The notes beneath the pieces were generated by a model, which was not told the DNA's origin, did not search any database, and worked only from the letters and a program-made list of their open reading frames with translations. A stretch of DNA of 64,000 bases from an uncultured Erysipelotrichaceae bacterium (GTDB lineage: Bacteria; Bacillota_I; Bacilli_A; RFN20; CAG-826), in contig CADCGC010000011.1 in the NCBI GenBank assembly GCA_902800905.1, forward strand, positions 14,389 through 78,388. Direction: 5' to 3'. Shown here in pieces: positions 41,652-53,300 of this stretch. How positions within the stretch are numbered: position 1 is the first letter of the stretch; each line of letters opens with the position of its first letter. The position numbers and the translations under genes are program-made.

Positions 41652-43649
41652 ATGAAAAACAGGTTTTTAGTGTGCTTTGCATTTGTAATAATGTTGTTAA
41701 ATACTATTTGTTGCTCGAATTCAAACAAAGAGGCGTTTACAATTACTTGGAAAAACTGGGACGGAGACATACTCGAAATAGATAACGATGTTCCTTATGG
41801 TTCAATTCCATCATATGATAGCGATATTCCTACTAAAGAAGGAACAAACGATTATAACTATGTTTTTGATGGATGGTCTCCTGCTGTTTCTAAAGTTACA
41901 GAAAATAAAACGTATACAGCAGTTTTTAAAGAGGAAAGAATTAAATATACATTATTGTTTGATTTAGATGGAGGAAGTTCACCATCTTACGTTTCCTCAA
42001 AAGAAGTTTTTTCTCTTAATCTATCAGATTTTTTCTTTGATGTTTCTAAGATGGGATATTCATTTAGAGGTTGGTCCTATAATGGAAGCGTTGTATTTGA
42101 TGAGGATGGGAATCAACTATCTTATCCAACTATGGCAAGCGAAATGCAATTCGTTGCAATTTTTAATCAAAAAGTTAAATTAACGATTACGACAAATATG
42201 AAAGAAGCAGGAACTATAGTTGGAGATGGCGAATATCCATACAATACATGCGTTGATATAAGCGTTAACACATACTTGGGTTATTCTTTTGTTGGATGGT
42301 ATTCTTCAAATAGTTACTTGTCAAATAGTATTAATTACCAAATTATGCTTTGGGAAGAAGATGTCACTATAGAAGCAAGGTTTAAACTAAGTTCATTCAC
42401 TTTTAATGCTTATGTCAATGCGCCTCATTTAGGTTCTATTCTTGTTAAATACCAAGGAAACACTCAATATTCAACGTTTTCGAAAGCATATGATTATACT
42501 CAAAGTATAACTGTATCCGTATATTCAAAAACTGATGTAAGGTTTTTAGGATGGTATGACGAAGACGGAAATGTCATCACTACGAATATATCTTATTCGT
42601 TTTCAATGCCTAATTATAATTACACCTTAGAAGCAAGATGGAATTATTTTACAATTAGTTATGTTCTAAATGGAGGTGAAAACAACAAATTAAATCCAGA
42701 TTCATATGCTTTAGAATCTGGGACAATTAATCTTTATGAACCACAACGATATAATTATAAATTTATCGGTTGGTATCTAGATGATAAACTTTTGACTAGT
42801 ATTGATTCAAACATTGGAAAAAATATTGTCCTTATTGCAAAATGGAAGATGATTCCTGTACTTATTGACGAGAAAATCTCATATGGCTTATATCCACAAG
42901 AGAACATTAATGACAGTGAGATAATTTCAAAATTAAATAATCTGCAGGAAACAAATGAAAAGGGTTGGTATTTCCTAGATGGCGAATATTATGTTAAAGA
43001 TGTTGCCGTAGAACGAGACCGAGAATACATTCATTATTTTTCAAGTGGAACCGAGATTATTTGTGGAGAAACATATTGGTTTAAATGTTCACCGATTAAA
43101 TGGAACATTATTTCATTATCAGATAATTTGTATACGCTTGCTTCAAGTATGCTTATCGATTATCAAATGTTCGATCAAAACTACAACAATTATGATAAGT
43201 CGGATATAAGGCGTTGGCTGAACAATTATTTTTATAATGTAGCTTTTGATGGAAGTGATGACTACATTGTCGAAACACTAGTGGATAATTCTTCGCAAAC
43301 AACCGACTATCCAAATAATAACTATTGTTGTGATGACACTCTTGATAAAGTCTCGCTGGTTAGCGCATCAGAATCATGTAATAAAGCATTCAAAACAAGC
43401 GATTATATGAGAGCAATTAGTGGGATTTATAATCATAAAGGACAGCGAACCACCTATCAACCAGCCACCTATTATCCTTATACATATTGTGGTATTTATT
43501 GGACGCGTTCTCCTTCTCATTCAAGCGGAACAGGAGTAAACCTATCTATTTTAACAGGCAGTGATACGGAGGGTACAGGTGATTTTGGAATATCATCAAC
43601 AAACAAATTCCATTACGTTAGACCAAGAATAGTGATAGAACTATATTAA
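41652..43649 (+). CDS. Surface lipoprotein with Listeria-Bacteroides (InlB B-type) repeats and a DUF6273-like C-terminal domain
   Basis: AAGGAG RBS. MKNRFLVCFAFVIMLLNTICC lipobox. Recurrent F.GW (FDGWSP, FRGWSY, FVGWYS, FLGWYD, FIGWYL) about 70-80 aa apart. C-terminal YWTRSP-type motif. Confidence 0.65.
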   Translation: MKNRFLVCFAFVIMLLNTICCSNSNKEAFTITWKNWDGDILEIDNDVPYGSIPSYDSDIPTKEGTNDYNYVFDGWSPAVSKVTENKTYTAVFKEERIKYTLLFDLDGGSSPSYVSSKEVFSLNLSDFFFDVSKMGYSFRGWSYNGSVVFDEDGNQLSYPTMASEMQFVAIFNQKVKLTITTNMKEAGTIVGDGEYPYNTCVDISVNTYLGYSFVGWYSSNSYLSNSINYQIMLWEEDVTIEARFKLSSFTFNAYVNAPHLGSILVKYQGNTQYSTFSKAYDYTQSITVSVYSKTDVRFLGWYDEDGNVITTNISYSFSMPNYNYTLEARWNYFTISYVLNGGENNKLNPDSYALESGTINLYEPQRYNYKFIGWYLDDKLLTSIDSNIGKNIVLIAKWKMIPVLIDEKISYGLYPQENINDSEIISKLNNLQETNEKGWYFLDGEYYVKDVAVERDREYIHYFSSGTEIICGETYWFKCSPIKWNIISLSDNLYTLASSMLIDYQMFDQNYNNYDKSDIRRWLNNYFYNVAFDGSDDYIVETLVDNSSQTTDYPNNNYCCDDTLDKVSLVSASESCNKAFKTSDYMRAISGIYNHKGQRTTYQPATYYPYTYCGIYWTRSPSHSSGTGVNLSILTGSDTEGTGDFGISSTNKFHYVRPRIVIELY

Positions 43650-43728
43650 TAATATATAGAGACTTAAAAGGTCTTCTTTTTAATCAAGCCCATTTTAATT
43701 AATCTAAAAGAAAAAGTCACAAATGTGA

Positions 43729-44097
43729 CTATTCTTTTTTATCTCCTTGGAGTTCTTGGAGAAGTTCTCTCTTAAGAGCTTCTTTTTGTTCGTCTGTTAA
43801 GTCATTGACTTGAACTGGTTCTTTCTTTGTTTGTTTCTTAACATAGAAGACGAGTCCAACAATGTTAATAACTAAGATAACGAATAATGGAATAACGAAT
43901 CCGACAAGATATAAGACATTGTCTCTCATTAACGCTCCAATGAGATTGTCTTGACTTCTAAGAGCTTGTAATTCCTCAGGAGTCTTTCCAACGATGTTAA
44001 TAAGCATGATAATGTGTATTACAAATAAGAATACTGTAACGGCAACATCTAGTGCGATTGCTGCGATCCATAACAATTTTTTATTTTTCATAATCAA
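43729..44097 (-). CDS. Small membrane protein (2 TM) with charged C-terminal tail
   Basis: 122-aa ORF with two hydrophobic helices. A hairpin agtcac/gtgact plus T run lies just downstream on the minus strand. Confidence 0.5.
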   Translation of the reverse strand: MIMKNKKLLWIAAIALDVAVTVFLFVIHIIMLINIVGKTPEELQALRSQDNLIGALMRDNVLYLVGFVIPLFVILVINIVGLVFYVKKQTKKEPVQVNDLTDEQKEALKRELLQELQGDKKE

Positions 44098-44308
44098 AAA
44101 ATCCTACGAATATACTAAGACAATAACAATTATTTATCAATAAAAATTTAATTAAAGCAATTTGTGGTGTAGAGTTTTTCATCAAAATTTGAAAATTATA
44201 TAGATATATAATATCTATATCTTAACTAAGAAAAATACAAAAATAAAAATGTAGAGAATTTTGCCGATAAGTTCTATAATATTACCGATAAAGGAGATTT
44301 TACCTTTT

Positions 44309-45793
44309 ATGAAGTATATATCTGTAGAAGAAGCTGGAAAGAAATTCAATTTATCGGCAAGAAGTATTCGTAATTACTGCTCTCAAGGACGAATCCCAGG
44401 AGCGGTCCTTTCAGGTAAGACTTGGCTCATTCCAAATGACGCAAAAAAACCTGATCGTGCAAATTCTAAAAATGAAGAAACTGCCTTAGAAAATCTTAGA
44501 TACGGAAACGACTTAGTGTCTTTCATTAATGAAAGTCCAGTCGCGTGTTACGCGATTAAAAATGTTTCTAATATTTTAATTAAAAAAGGATATAATGAAG
44601 TTAAAGAATATCAAAGATTTAACTTCAAAGCCGGAGATAAAGTTTTCATCGTTAGAAACGACACAACAATCGTGGCCTTTAATATTGGTAAAAACGTTGA
44701 TGATAATCATCCATATTTCCATGTTGTGGTTTCTCATGCTGATTCACCAAGTTTTAAAGTTAAACCAGAAGCTAATACAACAACAGATAAATACACTAAA
44801 ATCAATGTTGCTCCATATGGAGGAATGATTGTCCCTTCTTGGCTAGATCGACCTTTATCAATTGCTGGTAAAGTAGTAATTAATAAAGAAAACAGTGTAA
44901 AAACAGAATTAGTGAATTTATCTGATTACACCTTATTTATTCCTAATGTTTGTATCCATTTCAATCGAGATATTAATAGCGGATATGATTATAATATGGC
45001 GGTTGACACTCAACCATTTGTTGCTTTTGAAGATAACGCATCTTTAAAAGATGAAATTGCCTCTAACTTGAAGCTCAAAAAAGAAGATATCGTTAATTTT
45101 GATTTGTTCTTATATAACAAACAAAGCGGAATTGTTTGGGGAAAGAAAAATGAATTCATTTCCTCTGGTAGATTAGATGATTTGATGTGTGTTTATACAT
45201 CCTCTATCGCTTTTAGCGATACTAATAACGATAATGCGATTAATGTCTTATATATTGCTGATAATGAAGAAGTCGGTTCCTCTTCTAATCAAGGTGCTGA
45301 TAGCGACTTCTTAAAATCCTCACTCTTAAGAGTGTGCAAAGACTTAAATCTTGAATATGAAGTTGCTGTCGCTAATTCATTCCTAGTGAGTGCGGATAAT
45401 GGGCACGCTGTCCATCCAAACAAGCCATATTTAACTGATAGTGATAACAAAATCTATATGAATAAAGGCATTGCTATCAAGTTTAATGCTACAGGAGCGT
45501 ATACAAGCGACGCCATTAGCAGTGCAATCTTCCAAAAGATTTGTGATAATGCCTCAGTTCCATATCAATTCTTCACTAATAGAAGCGATGTTAGAGGTGG
45601 TGCTACGTTAGGAAGAATCTTATTATCTCAAGTATCGTTAATGTCCGTAGATATCGGCTTAGCTCAACTTGCAATGCATTCCAGTTACGAAACAGCAGGA
45701 ACTAAAGACATCAAATACGCGATTGATGCTTTTAAAGAATTCTATTCATCGAATATAGTAGTAGATGGAAATAGTTATAAAATAACTAAATAA
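44309..45793 (+). CDS. M18-family aminopeptidase fused to an N-terminal helix-turn-helix (MerR/excisionase-like) segment
   Basis: MKYISVEEAGKKFNLSARSIRNYCSQGRIPGAV (HTH) followed by M18 blocks HADSPSFKVKP, DNEEVGS, GHAVHPN, HSSYE. ATG at 44309 is preferred to the upstream TTG. Confidence 0.75.
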   Translation: MKYISVEEAGKKFNLSARSIRNYCSQGRIPGAVLSGKTWLIPNDAKKPDRANSKNEETALENLRYGNDLVSFINESPVACYAIKNVSNILIKKGYNEVKEYQRFNFKAGDKVFIVRNDTTIVAFNIGKNVDDNHPYFHVVVSHADSPSFKVKPEANTTTDKYTKINVAPYGGMIVPSWLDRPLSIAGKVVINKENSVKTELVNLSDYTLFIPNVCIHFNRDINSGYDYNMAVDTQPFVAFEDNASLKDEIASNLKLKKEDIVNFDLFLYNKQSGIVWGKKNEFISSGRLDDLMCVYTSSIAFSDTNNDNAINVLYIADNEEVGSSSNQGADSDFLKSSLLRVCKDLNLEYEVAVANSFLVSADNGHAVHPNKPYLTDSDNKIYMNKGIAIKFNATGAYTSDAISSAIFQKICDNASVPYQFFTNRSDVRGGATLGRILLSQVSLMSVDIGLAQLAMHSSYETAGTKDIKYAIDAFKEFYSSNIVVDGNSYKITK

Positions 45794-45838
45794 CAAATAA
45801 TCAACATATTCATTATAATTTGATATCATAAATGATAT

Positions 45839-46729
45839 ATGACAACAGAAGAGAAAATTGAATATGTTGATTTTCTTTTTCACCACAGTGGAAAGGCTTG
45901 GGAAAATCGAGGCCTTATTTTTGATTACCTTTTCGACCTTCTTGAAGAAGAAGTTCCAATTGCCGCAACTTGGTTAGCGGAAGCATATGAAACCGAAAAA
46001 TTAACCGAATATGATTTTGAATGTAGTTATGCTTACACTAAATTAGCTAAGAATCTTAATGATCCTGAAGGATTATATTTTTGGTCAAAGGATAATCATT
46101 ATTATAGAGATGAAAAATTTAGACTAAATCTTCTTAAGCGAAGTGCGGAACAAGGCTATCCTGATGCTTGCCACGATTTAGCGGAAAAACTTATCGATAC
46201 AGAACCTGATAAAGCAATTGAGTTATTTAAAAAAGGGACTGCAGATAATAATAAATGGAATCTTATTGATTATGGAATTGCTCTCTATTCATTGAATAGA
46301 GATTTAGAGGAAGCTTTTAGAGTGGTCAAACAATCGTATGACAAAGACACATACAAAGTAGCAGTTCTTTGTCTGGCCTATTTTTACGATAACGGAGTTG
46401 GAGTAAAAAAAGATATTGATAAAGCTTGCGAATTATATTTCAGTGATCATCATCTTTGGACAGGAGAAGACGCGAGAGGATTTCTTGCTCTTCATATTTT
46501 AAATGGAAAATGTAACCTCAAAAGCAAAGAAGAAGCCTTCGAAGACTTAAAAATAGCGGGAGACAATATCTATGTTCATCCGAATATCTACGCGCTTCTA
46601 TCAATCTGCTATCAAAAAGGTTTATACGCTGAAGTTGATTTAAAAAAAGCTGACGAATACAAAAAGAAAGCACATGAATCATTAAAAAAGATTCATAAAT
46701 ATAGTTTTCTTAAGGGAATATTGCTATAA
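45839..46729 (+). CDS. Sel1/TPR-like repeat protein
   Basis: 296-aa ORF with repeated A..WL/YA..Y..G.GV.KD-type helical repeats (e.g. LAYFYDNGVGVKKDIDKACELY). Confidence 0.55.
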   Translation: MTTEEKIEYVDFLFHHSGKAWENRGLIFDYLFDLLEEEVPIAATWLAEAYETEKLTEYDFECSYAYTKLAKNLNDPEGLYFWSKDNHYYRDEKFRLNLLKRSAEQGYPDACHDLAEKLIDTEPDKAIELFKKGTADNNKWNLIDYGIALYSLNRDLEEAFRVVKQSYDKDTYKVAVLCLAYFYDNGVGVKKDIDKACELYFSDHHLWTGEDARGFLALHILNGKCNLKSKEEAFEDLKIAGDNIYVHPNIYALLSICYQKGLYAEVDLKKADEYKKKAHESLKKIHKYSFLKGILL

Positions 46730-46750
46730 TTTACTTTAGTAAAACATCTT

Positions 46751-47650
46751 ATGAACGTTAAAAACGTAATAATAGGTATTTCTTTAACCACTTTAACAAT
46801 CGCTAGTGGGATTGTTGGTTTTAGTGGTCTATTTAAGCAACAAAGTAAAACCTATTTCCACAAAGACTGGATGAAAGATATTAGTGATTTAACTCCAATT
46901 AAAGAAGTTAATATTCCAGGAGCACACGACACGATGGCTTTACGTTCAATTGGTGATTTAGCGGGACAATGTCAATCTCTTTCTTTAGAAAACCAACTCA
47001 ATATTGGAGTGAGATTTTTAGATATCCGTCTTCAACTCGTAAGAGATGAATTAATCGCAGTGCACGGTATCGTTGATCAAAAAGCAAGTTTTGCTCAAAT
47101 CGTCTACACATGTGAATCATTCTTAAAGAATAATCCAACAGAATTCATCTTCATGTCTGTTAAGGAAGAAGAAAAAGCCAAGAGTTCTTCTCTTTCTTTT
47201 GAAGACGCATTAAAACAATACGCGAAAGGCGACTATTGGAATTTAGATACTTCTTTACCAGTTTTAACAGGTTTAGCAAGAAGTAAGATTCATCTTATAT
47301 CTAGATATAAAGATTCCACAATTGGGACTCCTGCCTATAACGGCTGGGCTGTTAACGCGACTTTCACAATGAATGGAATTCATATCCAAGATGAATATAA
47401 AGTCAATGATATTGAACACAAAAAGACAGTCATTAAAGAATGTTTAGAAGAAAGTTCTCTTCTCTATCAAATGAAAATCAACTTCTTAAGTGGATATATG
47501 ACTAATTCGTTCCCTCCAAGTTACGCGCCAAGTGTCGCTAATACGATTAATCCTTGGATTATGAATGAACTTCAAAATTATCCAACAAATCGAGGAGTAG
47601 TGCTCTTTGATTTTGTCACTGAAGAGATAATGGAAGGATGGTTTAAATAA
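46751..47650 (+). CDS. Phosphatidylinositol-specific phospholipase C (PI-PLC X-domain) family protein, membrane-anchored/secreted
   Basis: N-terminal TM/signal, then IPGAHDTM and VRFLDIRL blocks typical of bacterial PI-PLC. Confidence 0.75.
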   Translation: MNVKNVIIGISLTTLTIASGIVGFSGLFKQQSKTYFHKDWMKDISDLTPIKEVNIPGAHDTMALRSIGDLAGQCQSLSLENQLNIGVRFLDIRLQLVRDELIAVHGIVDQKASFAQIVYTCESFLKNNPTEFIFMSVKEEEKAKSSSLSFEDALKQYAKGDYWNLDTSLPVLTGLARSKIHLISRYKDSTIGTPAYNGWAVNATFTMNGIHIQDEYKVNDIEHKKTVIKECLEESSLLYQMKINFLSGYMTNSFPPSYAPSVANTINPWIMNELQNYPTNRGVVLFDFVTEEIMEGWFK

Positions 47651-48015
47651 TGAAATTATTTAGAAACATTCTTGCCTTCTTTGCTTTAGGGCTATCAACG
47701 ATTGTCTCTTTAGCTTTTACTTTTGTTGAATTAAGGCCAATATTCGCTGGTGACTTTAACTTAATGGAAGATCCAAGTTTATCAATTGCTGGATATCTCT
47801 TTAGAGCATTCTTTTATATCTTGATGGTGGTGAACGCAGTTCTAATTGCTATTAATATCATTAAAGGTAATAAACTTGATTTATTTGGTTTGATATTTAA
47901 CGCGGCGTTAGTGACGGTTGCCTTCGTTTCTCTAATATTCTATGAATGGTACGTCTCTTTAGCGGTCATCCTCTTAAATGTCTCAACCTTACTGATACGG
48001 ATATTCAGAAAATGA
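47650..48015 (+). CDS. Small polytopic membrane protein
   Basis: 121-aa hydrophobic ORF whose start overlaps the upstream stop (TAATG). Confidence 0.5.
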   Translation: MKLFRNILAFFALGLSTIVSLAFTFVELRPIFAGDFNLMEDPSLSIAGYLFRAFFYILMVVNAVLIAINIIKGNKLDLFGLIFNAALVTVAFVSLIFYEWYVSLAVILLNVSTLLIRIFRK

Positions 48016-48020
48016 AACAA

Positions 48021-48044
48021 AAAGGAGCAAATGCTCCTTTTTAT
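48021..48044. terminator. Bidirectional hairpin terminator between convergent genes
   Basis: aaaggagc-aaat-gctccttt flanked by A and T runs. Confidence 0.7.
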
Positions 48045-48063
48045 ATTACAAGTATTATAATTA

Positions 48064-48732
48064 TTATCTTAAGACGAATGTCACTGCAATCATAATGCAG
48101 GTGACAACACTCGCGGTAATTGGAGAATAGAGAATCTTTTGTAATCCTTCAAATTTCCATTCATATTTATGAGCGAGTTGCATAACTCCATATAAAATAG
48201 CGCCAAAAGCGAAGACATATAAAGTAGCGACCATATTGAATTTAAATGCGTATTTTTCAATATTATCAAGTAGCACACTTGGAGTAGTGGTCAAGATATT
48301 ACTTCTAATGAATGTTGTACCAATTAAGAGGTACATGGTATTCGCTAAGATGAATGTTCCTAAGCCTTTAAAAGAAATAATTTCTTTTGGTCTAATAACA
48401 AGTAAAGCAACCGCACCAGTTAAGGCTTCTAAAAGAATATAATAGACAGGATTGAAACTTAAATGGAAAATCGCACAGACAATGGCTTTAATAGAAGCCG
48501 CCATAATTCCCATATAGATTGATGAAAGGAAATTACCAGTCTTCTTATAGCACGCTCCCATAAGCATATAAGCAATAGGAACCATAATGGTGGTGCTACA
48601 AGCAAACATTCCTGCTCCTTCAACAAATGGAAGATGTAAGAATGAGCCTAAAGTCGCTTCTAAGATTCCCCAAAGTCCGCCAAAAAGGAGGACAGAGAAT
48701 AAAACATCTAAAATCTTGTTACGTTTTTCCAT
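48064..48732 (-). CDS. Polytopic membrane protein, unknown function
   Basis: 222-aa ORF with about 6 hydrophobic helices. Confidence 0.5.
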   Translation of the reverse strand: MEKRNKILDVLFSVLLFGGLWGILEATLGSFLHLPFVEGAGMFACSTTIMVPIAYMLMGACYKKTGNFLSSIYMGIMAASIKAIVCAIFHLSFNPVYYILLEALTGAVALLVIRPKEIISFKGLGTFILANTMYLLIGTTFIRSNILTTTPSVLLDNIEKYAFKFNMVATLYVFAFGAILYGVMQLAHKYEWKFEGLQKILYSPITASVVTCIMIAVTFVLR

Positions 48733-48787
48733 AAAATAAATCCTTCTAACATTGAAATTGTATTATATAACACAATTTAGTTCTATA

Positions 48788-49345
48788 TTATTTTTCAAAA
48801 ATGACTGAAATAGAATAGAAACCTGGTTTATTGAATTCGGTTTCGTTTTTGATTTGCCACGAAGTGTGATTTACTTCGTATTCATAAACCATCCCTCCAT
48901 CATTAGGGTCAGCGGCAGGAATAGAGGAAGCGTGATATTCTAAAGAGGTTTCTCCATTTCCATAGACATTGAAGTTCGTGCCTTTACCGCCATAGAAATC
49001 AACAACTAACCTTTTAACAGTGTAATTAGACACTGATTTGATATATGCGTTTGGCTTAACAATGATTTCTTGAAGCCCACTTCCTAGATTTTTAAGATAG
49101 CAAGGAGATCCAATCTCAAATTTATATTTAACAGTTTCGTCTTCTTCTGACGCTAGTTCAACTTGAATAGCAGAACCAGAATCTTCATTTGTTAAAGTAG
49201 ATTTGCTTGGAGTTAATTTAACTGTGTAGGTGCTACCTCCAACTGGTGGAAGTTCAGGAGCAGCTTCAGGAGCACATCCCACTAATAAAGTACTTAATGC
49301 TAGAACAAATAATAGTCTCTTCATGTTGTAAACCTTCTTCTTCAA
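48788..49345 (-). CDS. Lipoprotein, unknown function
   Basis: MKRLLFVLALSTLLVGC lipobox. The start may be the second Met. Confidence 0.65.
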   Translation of the reverse strand: MKKKVYNMKRLLFVLALSTLLVGCAPEAAPELPPVGGSTYTVKLTPSKSTLTNEDSGSAIQVELASEEDETVKYKFEIGSPCYLKNLGSGLQEIIVKPNAYIKSVSNYTVKRLVVDFYGGKGTNFNVYGNGETSLEYHASSIPAADPNDGGMVYEYEVNHTSWQIKNETEFNKPGFYSISVIFEK

Positions 49346-49492
49346 TATGAAACCATAAATATTTAACTTTGTTAATAATTAAATTTTGCCTCGTACGCGC
49401 GGTCATTAACCTTGAATAACGCGCACATAAAAAAGATTTTTTTCATCTTTTAAAAATCATAGTTTTCGTTACAATATAAAGGAGGTATTTCA

Positions 49493-50350
49493 ATGATTGA
49501 TTTCTATTCAAAAGTTGCAGAATATAAGAATCTAGGAAAAGACTTAGTAGTGGTCACTGTCACAGAAAAAAGTGGCATGGGTCCTGCTGATGTCGGTAAG
49601 AAAATGGCGGTCTTAGAAGACGGTAGTGCTTTTGGCACTGTCGGAGGAGGGGCCATTGAATTTTACGCGAGAAATAAATGCAAAGAAGTCATTGAAAGAA
49701 GAGAGTCTTTCACTGAAAAGTACTGTTTATATGATCGAGAAGTCCATGTCGATGATGGAGAAGTGAAACTTAATATGGCCTGTGGAGGTCATGTGACACT
49801 TTTCTATGAATTTGTTGGACCTAAAAACTATGTTTATATCTTTGGAGCTGGCCACTGTGGAGCGGCTCTAGCAAGAATCCTTCGTCCACTTAATTTCTTT
49901 GTCACCATCATCGATGAAAGAGATTATGTTATTGACGCTTTAGATGATTCTGCGAATATCAAAGTTAATAAAGGCTTTGTTCAATATATTGAAGAGAACG
50001 GAATTCCTGATAATCGATATATCGTTGTCTGCACTCCAAGTCATCAAAATGACTACAATGTTTTAGATAAAATCTTAGAACTTAAGATGAAACCAAGATA
50101 CTTTGGAATGCTGTGTTCTAAAAAGAAAGTAACTGACTATTTCACAAGAGCGGTCGAAAAATATGGAGAAGATATTGATTTCTCGAATTTCTATTCTCCA
50201 ATTGGTTTACAAACTGGAGGAGATTCTCCAGAAGAGGTCGCGATATCAATCGCCAGTGAAATTCTCTCAGTGTTCTATAAAAAAGAAGATTTATCTTCCC
50301 ATATGAGAGACACCGTTAAAGAAAGTCAAAAATATTTCAAAAAAAGATGA
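49493..50350 (+). CDS. XdhC/CoxI-family accessory protein
   Basis: AAGGAGG RBS. N-terminal XdhC_CoxI-like region (VVTVTEKSGMGPADVGKKM ... GTVGGGAIE) and Rossmann-like YIFGAGHCGAALARIL. Confidence 0.75.
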   Translation: MIDFYSKVAEYKNLGKDLVVVTVTEKSGMGPADVGKKMAVLEDGSAFGTVGGGAIEFYARNKCKEVIERRESFTEKYCLYDREVHVDDGEVKLNMACGGHVTLFYEFVGPKNYVYIFGAGHCGAALARILRPLNFFVTIIDERDYVIDALDDSANIKVNKGFVQYIEENGIPDNRYIVVCTPSHQNDYNVLDKILELKMKPRYFGMLCSKKKVTDYFTRAVEKYGEDIDFSNFYSPIGLQTGGDSPEEVAISIASEILSVFYKKEDLSSHMRDTVKESQKYFKKR

Positions 50351-50368
50351 GCGAGACGCTCATCTTTT
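50346..50368 (+). terminator. Rho-independent terminator after xdhC-like gene
   Basis: gatgagcg-aga-cgctcatc followed by TTTT. Confidence 0.75.
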
Positions 50369-50390
50369 AATATATCAAAGATATATTATA

Positions 50391-53300
50391 TTAATGTAAT
50401 GTGACGTAAAGAGAGGATTCGGCTTTACCATCTAATTCAAAGTCATCAGATTGATTCCAAATTCTAATACTCGGGTCACCATTTCCCCATCCAATTTCAG
50501 AATCAGAATCAAATCTCACAATCTTGCAACCAATCCAGGTTGAATCACAATAGAAGACATATTCATCTTCAACGGTTTCATGTAAATCAAGCCATTGACC
50601 TTCACCTTTGATATTCCAAACGTAGACTTTTAATTGAGCATCATCTTTTGTCCAATGATAATCATTGTAAGCAATAACTTTATATTCGCAGTCAATTACT
50701 TCATACACAAAATTAATATCAACTGTGATTGACTCTCCGCCATATAACATATCAATTGTGATTTCGATTTCTCCATTAGGAGAAATGAACACGTTATTTT
50801 CATTTGGAATATAACCAGCAGTGGATAACGCTCTAACGAGTGCATCATAAATTTCTTGTGCGCCTTGATCTTCTTGAGGAGTGATAAATAAAGAAACATA
50901 ATCACCAGAAGTATCTAATTGATAGGTGACACCTTGATAAGAGAATTCTGGTAAAACATCTCTAACTCCAAGAGGATATGTTTTATCGATTTCATCTTTA
51001 GGATAAGTAGTGTATCCTTCAAATGGATATTCTTCTTCGTAAGTCATGAACAAGACCATAACTGTATTGTCATCGTTACTTATATCAAATCTTAATGACA
51101 ATCTATTTGATCTTGAAACATATATGACATCATATTCTTCTTCCTGCACAGGAATGACATATTTTTTAAATCCAGCGTTAGTAAGAATTTTCGCTAATTC
51201 TTCGACTGCTTCGCTTTGAGTCATTGAAGAACCTAATTGAATAATAAGAGCACCAGCGTCATAGAAAGCATATGAACTACTACCTTGAACTTTTAGTTCA
51301 GGAACTCTTTCGTTTTCTAAACCTTGCTCTTTAAGATAAGCCGCAATTGCGTCACTTGGATAAACAGGTTCAGTTGGTACTTCATAGTGTTCAGGAACGA
51401 TTTCAGCGTTTTTAAAGACGATATCCGCACTTATTGGGTTACCGCTTTCATTAGAGCCCTTCATTGCAAAGTGCAATTCTTGCTTTTCGACATCGAATTG
51501 GTAGATTTCGACATCTTCTTTGTAATCATCAAGCTTCATTCCGCTAACATATAGTTCGTGAATTTTTAATTCAACTTCAGCTATATTATCGGATGGTTTC
51601 TTGTATGCGTTAAATTCACCTAATCCAACATATTTCATTTCGAGATATTCGTTATGGAATTCAAGTGATTTGTCAGTAAAGAAACTATATGATTGATTTT
51701 CATACATGTTTAACATTTCATCGATTTGATCCTGTTCAAAACCATTATTAACGATTTTGTCAAAGACAAATGTTGAGCCTTCTTCTCCACTTAATAAAGA
51801 AGCACAATCTTCTGGATATTCTTCTGGCTCTTCTGGCATAAGAATAACAGTGTTAGAAACATCAGAAACATCAACAGTGTATTTATATAAGTTGTTCAAA
51901 ACGTAATCAGCTTTATATAACTCTCCATTAACGAACATAATGCTGACTTCAGTTAATGTGACTTCATCATTACATTTATAACTTCTGCATCTATAGAATG
52001 TGTTCGCGCCACTTGGTTCACTTAATTCTTCAAATGGAAGTAGTGATAAGTAATATAGACCAGCAGATTTACCAAAGTATGAATGGTCATCATTTGATTC
52101 CTCATATTTAACAGCGTCTTCTTTGATCCATTTATCGTTATCCGCGGAATAGGAATATTTTTCATAGTAACCAGGTTGATCATTTACTGCTTCATAGTAA
52201 TAACCAGTACTAGTTAAATATAAATTGTTTTCAATAACTTCTTGATAGTTACCTTCACCAGATTTAAATGTAGTGGTGTATTCTAAATCAGCGCCTCTAT
52301 ATTGTTTCTTTAAGAATGTCGCACTTTGATCATGGTCAAGATAATCCATATTTGTGATGATAGAAGTATATTGACTCTTTGTAATCAAGAATCCTTCAGT
52401 AATTGGTTCAATAGTAGATGATTCATCTAGCTTATAAACACAATATTCGGTATCTAAAGTAATTGCATAGGTATCTTCAGCAATTTTTTCAAATATGAAA
52501 ATCGATCCACCAGTAGGAGTAGAAATTTTAACTTCTCCACCTGATTCAATATTGGATAAAACAGTGGTCATGACAATATTGTCATCGTTATCTAATAAAA
52601 ATGAGCCAGTGAAGTAGTGCTTCTCACCTAAATAATCAGCGTAATCAACAAAGATTCCGGTTCCATCTTTATGAATAATAATCGCTCCATCTTTGTATAA
52701 ACTTAGATTTTGTGATAGAGATTTATCTTGAGGATATGTTCCAGCCTTTGGAAGTTTATTCTCTGGATCAACTGGGCCTGGACCTGGATTACTTTTTTTC
52801 ACTAATTCAGGGACATTAACTTCGTTACCAACTTTAAAGGAAGTGACTTCAATATATCCTTCTCCAGATTCTGCTCCAGCGACTGCTTTAGCCGCAAACT
52901 TCAAGGTAATACCTGTAGCAGCGTCAATAACAACAGTGAAACTAGCAGCAGCAACACCAGCTGCAACCATTGAAGCTTCATATTGATAGGCGCTTCTATT
53001 CAAAAAAGTGATATTAGAAACCTTTTTAAGTGTTACTTGAGCGTTCTTCACATATTCATATGCATAGTAGAACGATACCGTTACAGTGGACACTGTTTGA
53101 TTGAAGTCCATCAAATTAGTGGTCTCTTCATATACATATTGATTTTCTTCGTAGCTATATACTTCAACTCCGTCATCAACTTTCTTATACGCTCCGGATT
53201 CTTTTATCCAGAAAACATCTCTCACTAAGCCAACAGTGACTTGGCCACTTGAAGCATCTCCTTGAGTGGATGTCGCTTCTCCTTTAAGAGTGATTTCAAA

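Noticed and set aside
49380-49492. Operator-like inverted repeat gcgcg-N20-cgcgc between the divergent lipoprotein and xdhC-like genes
   Set aside because: The short 5-bp arms could easily occur by chance, and there is no adjacent regulator gene to link it to.
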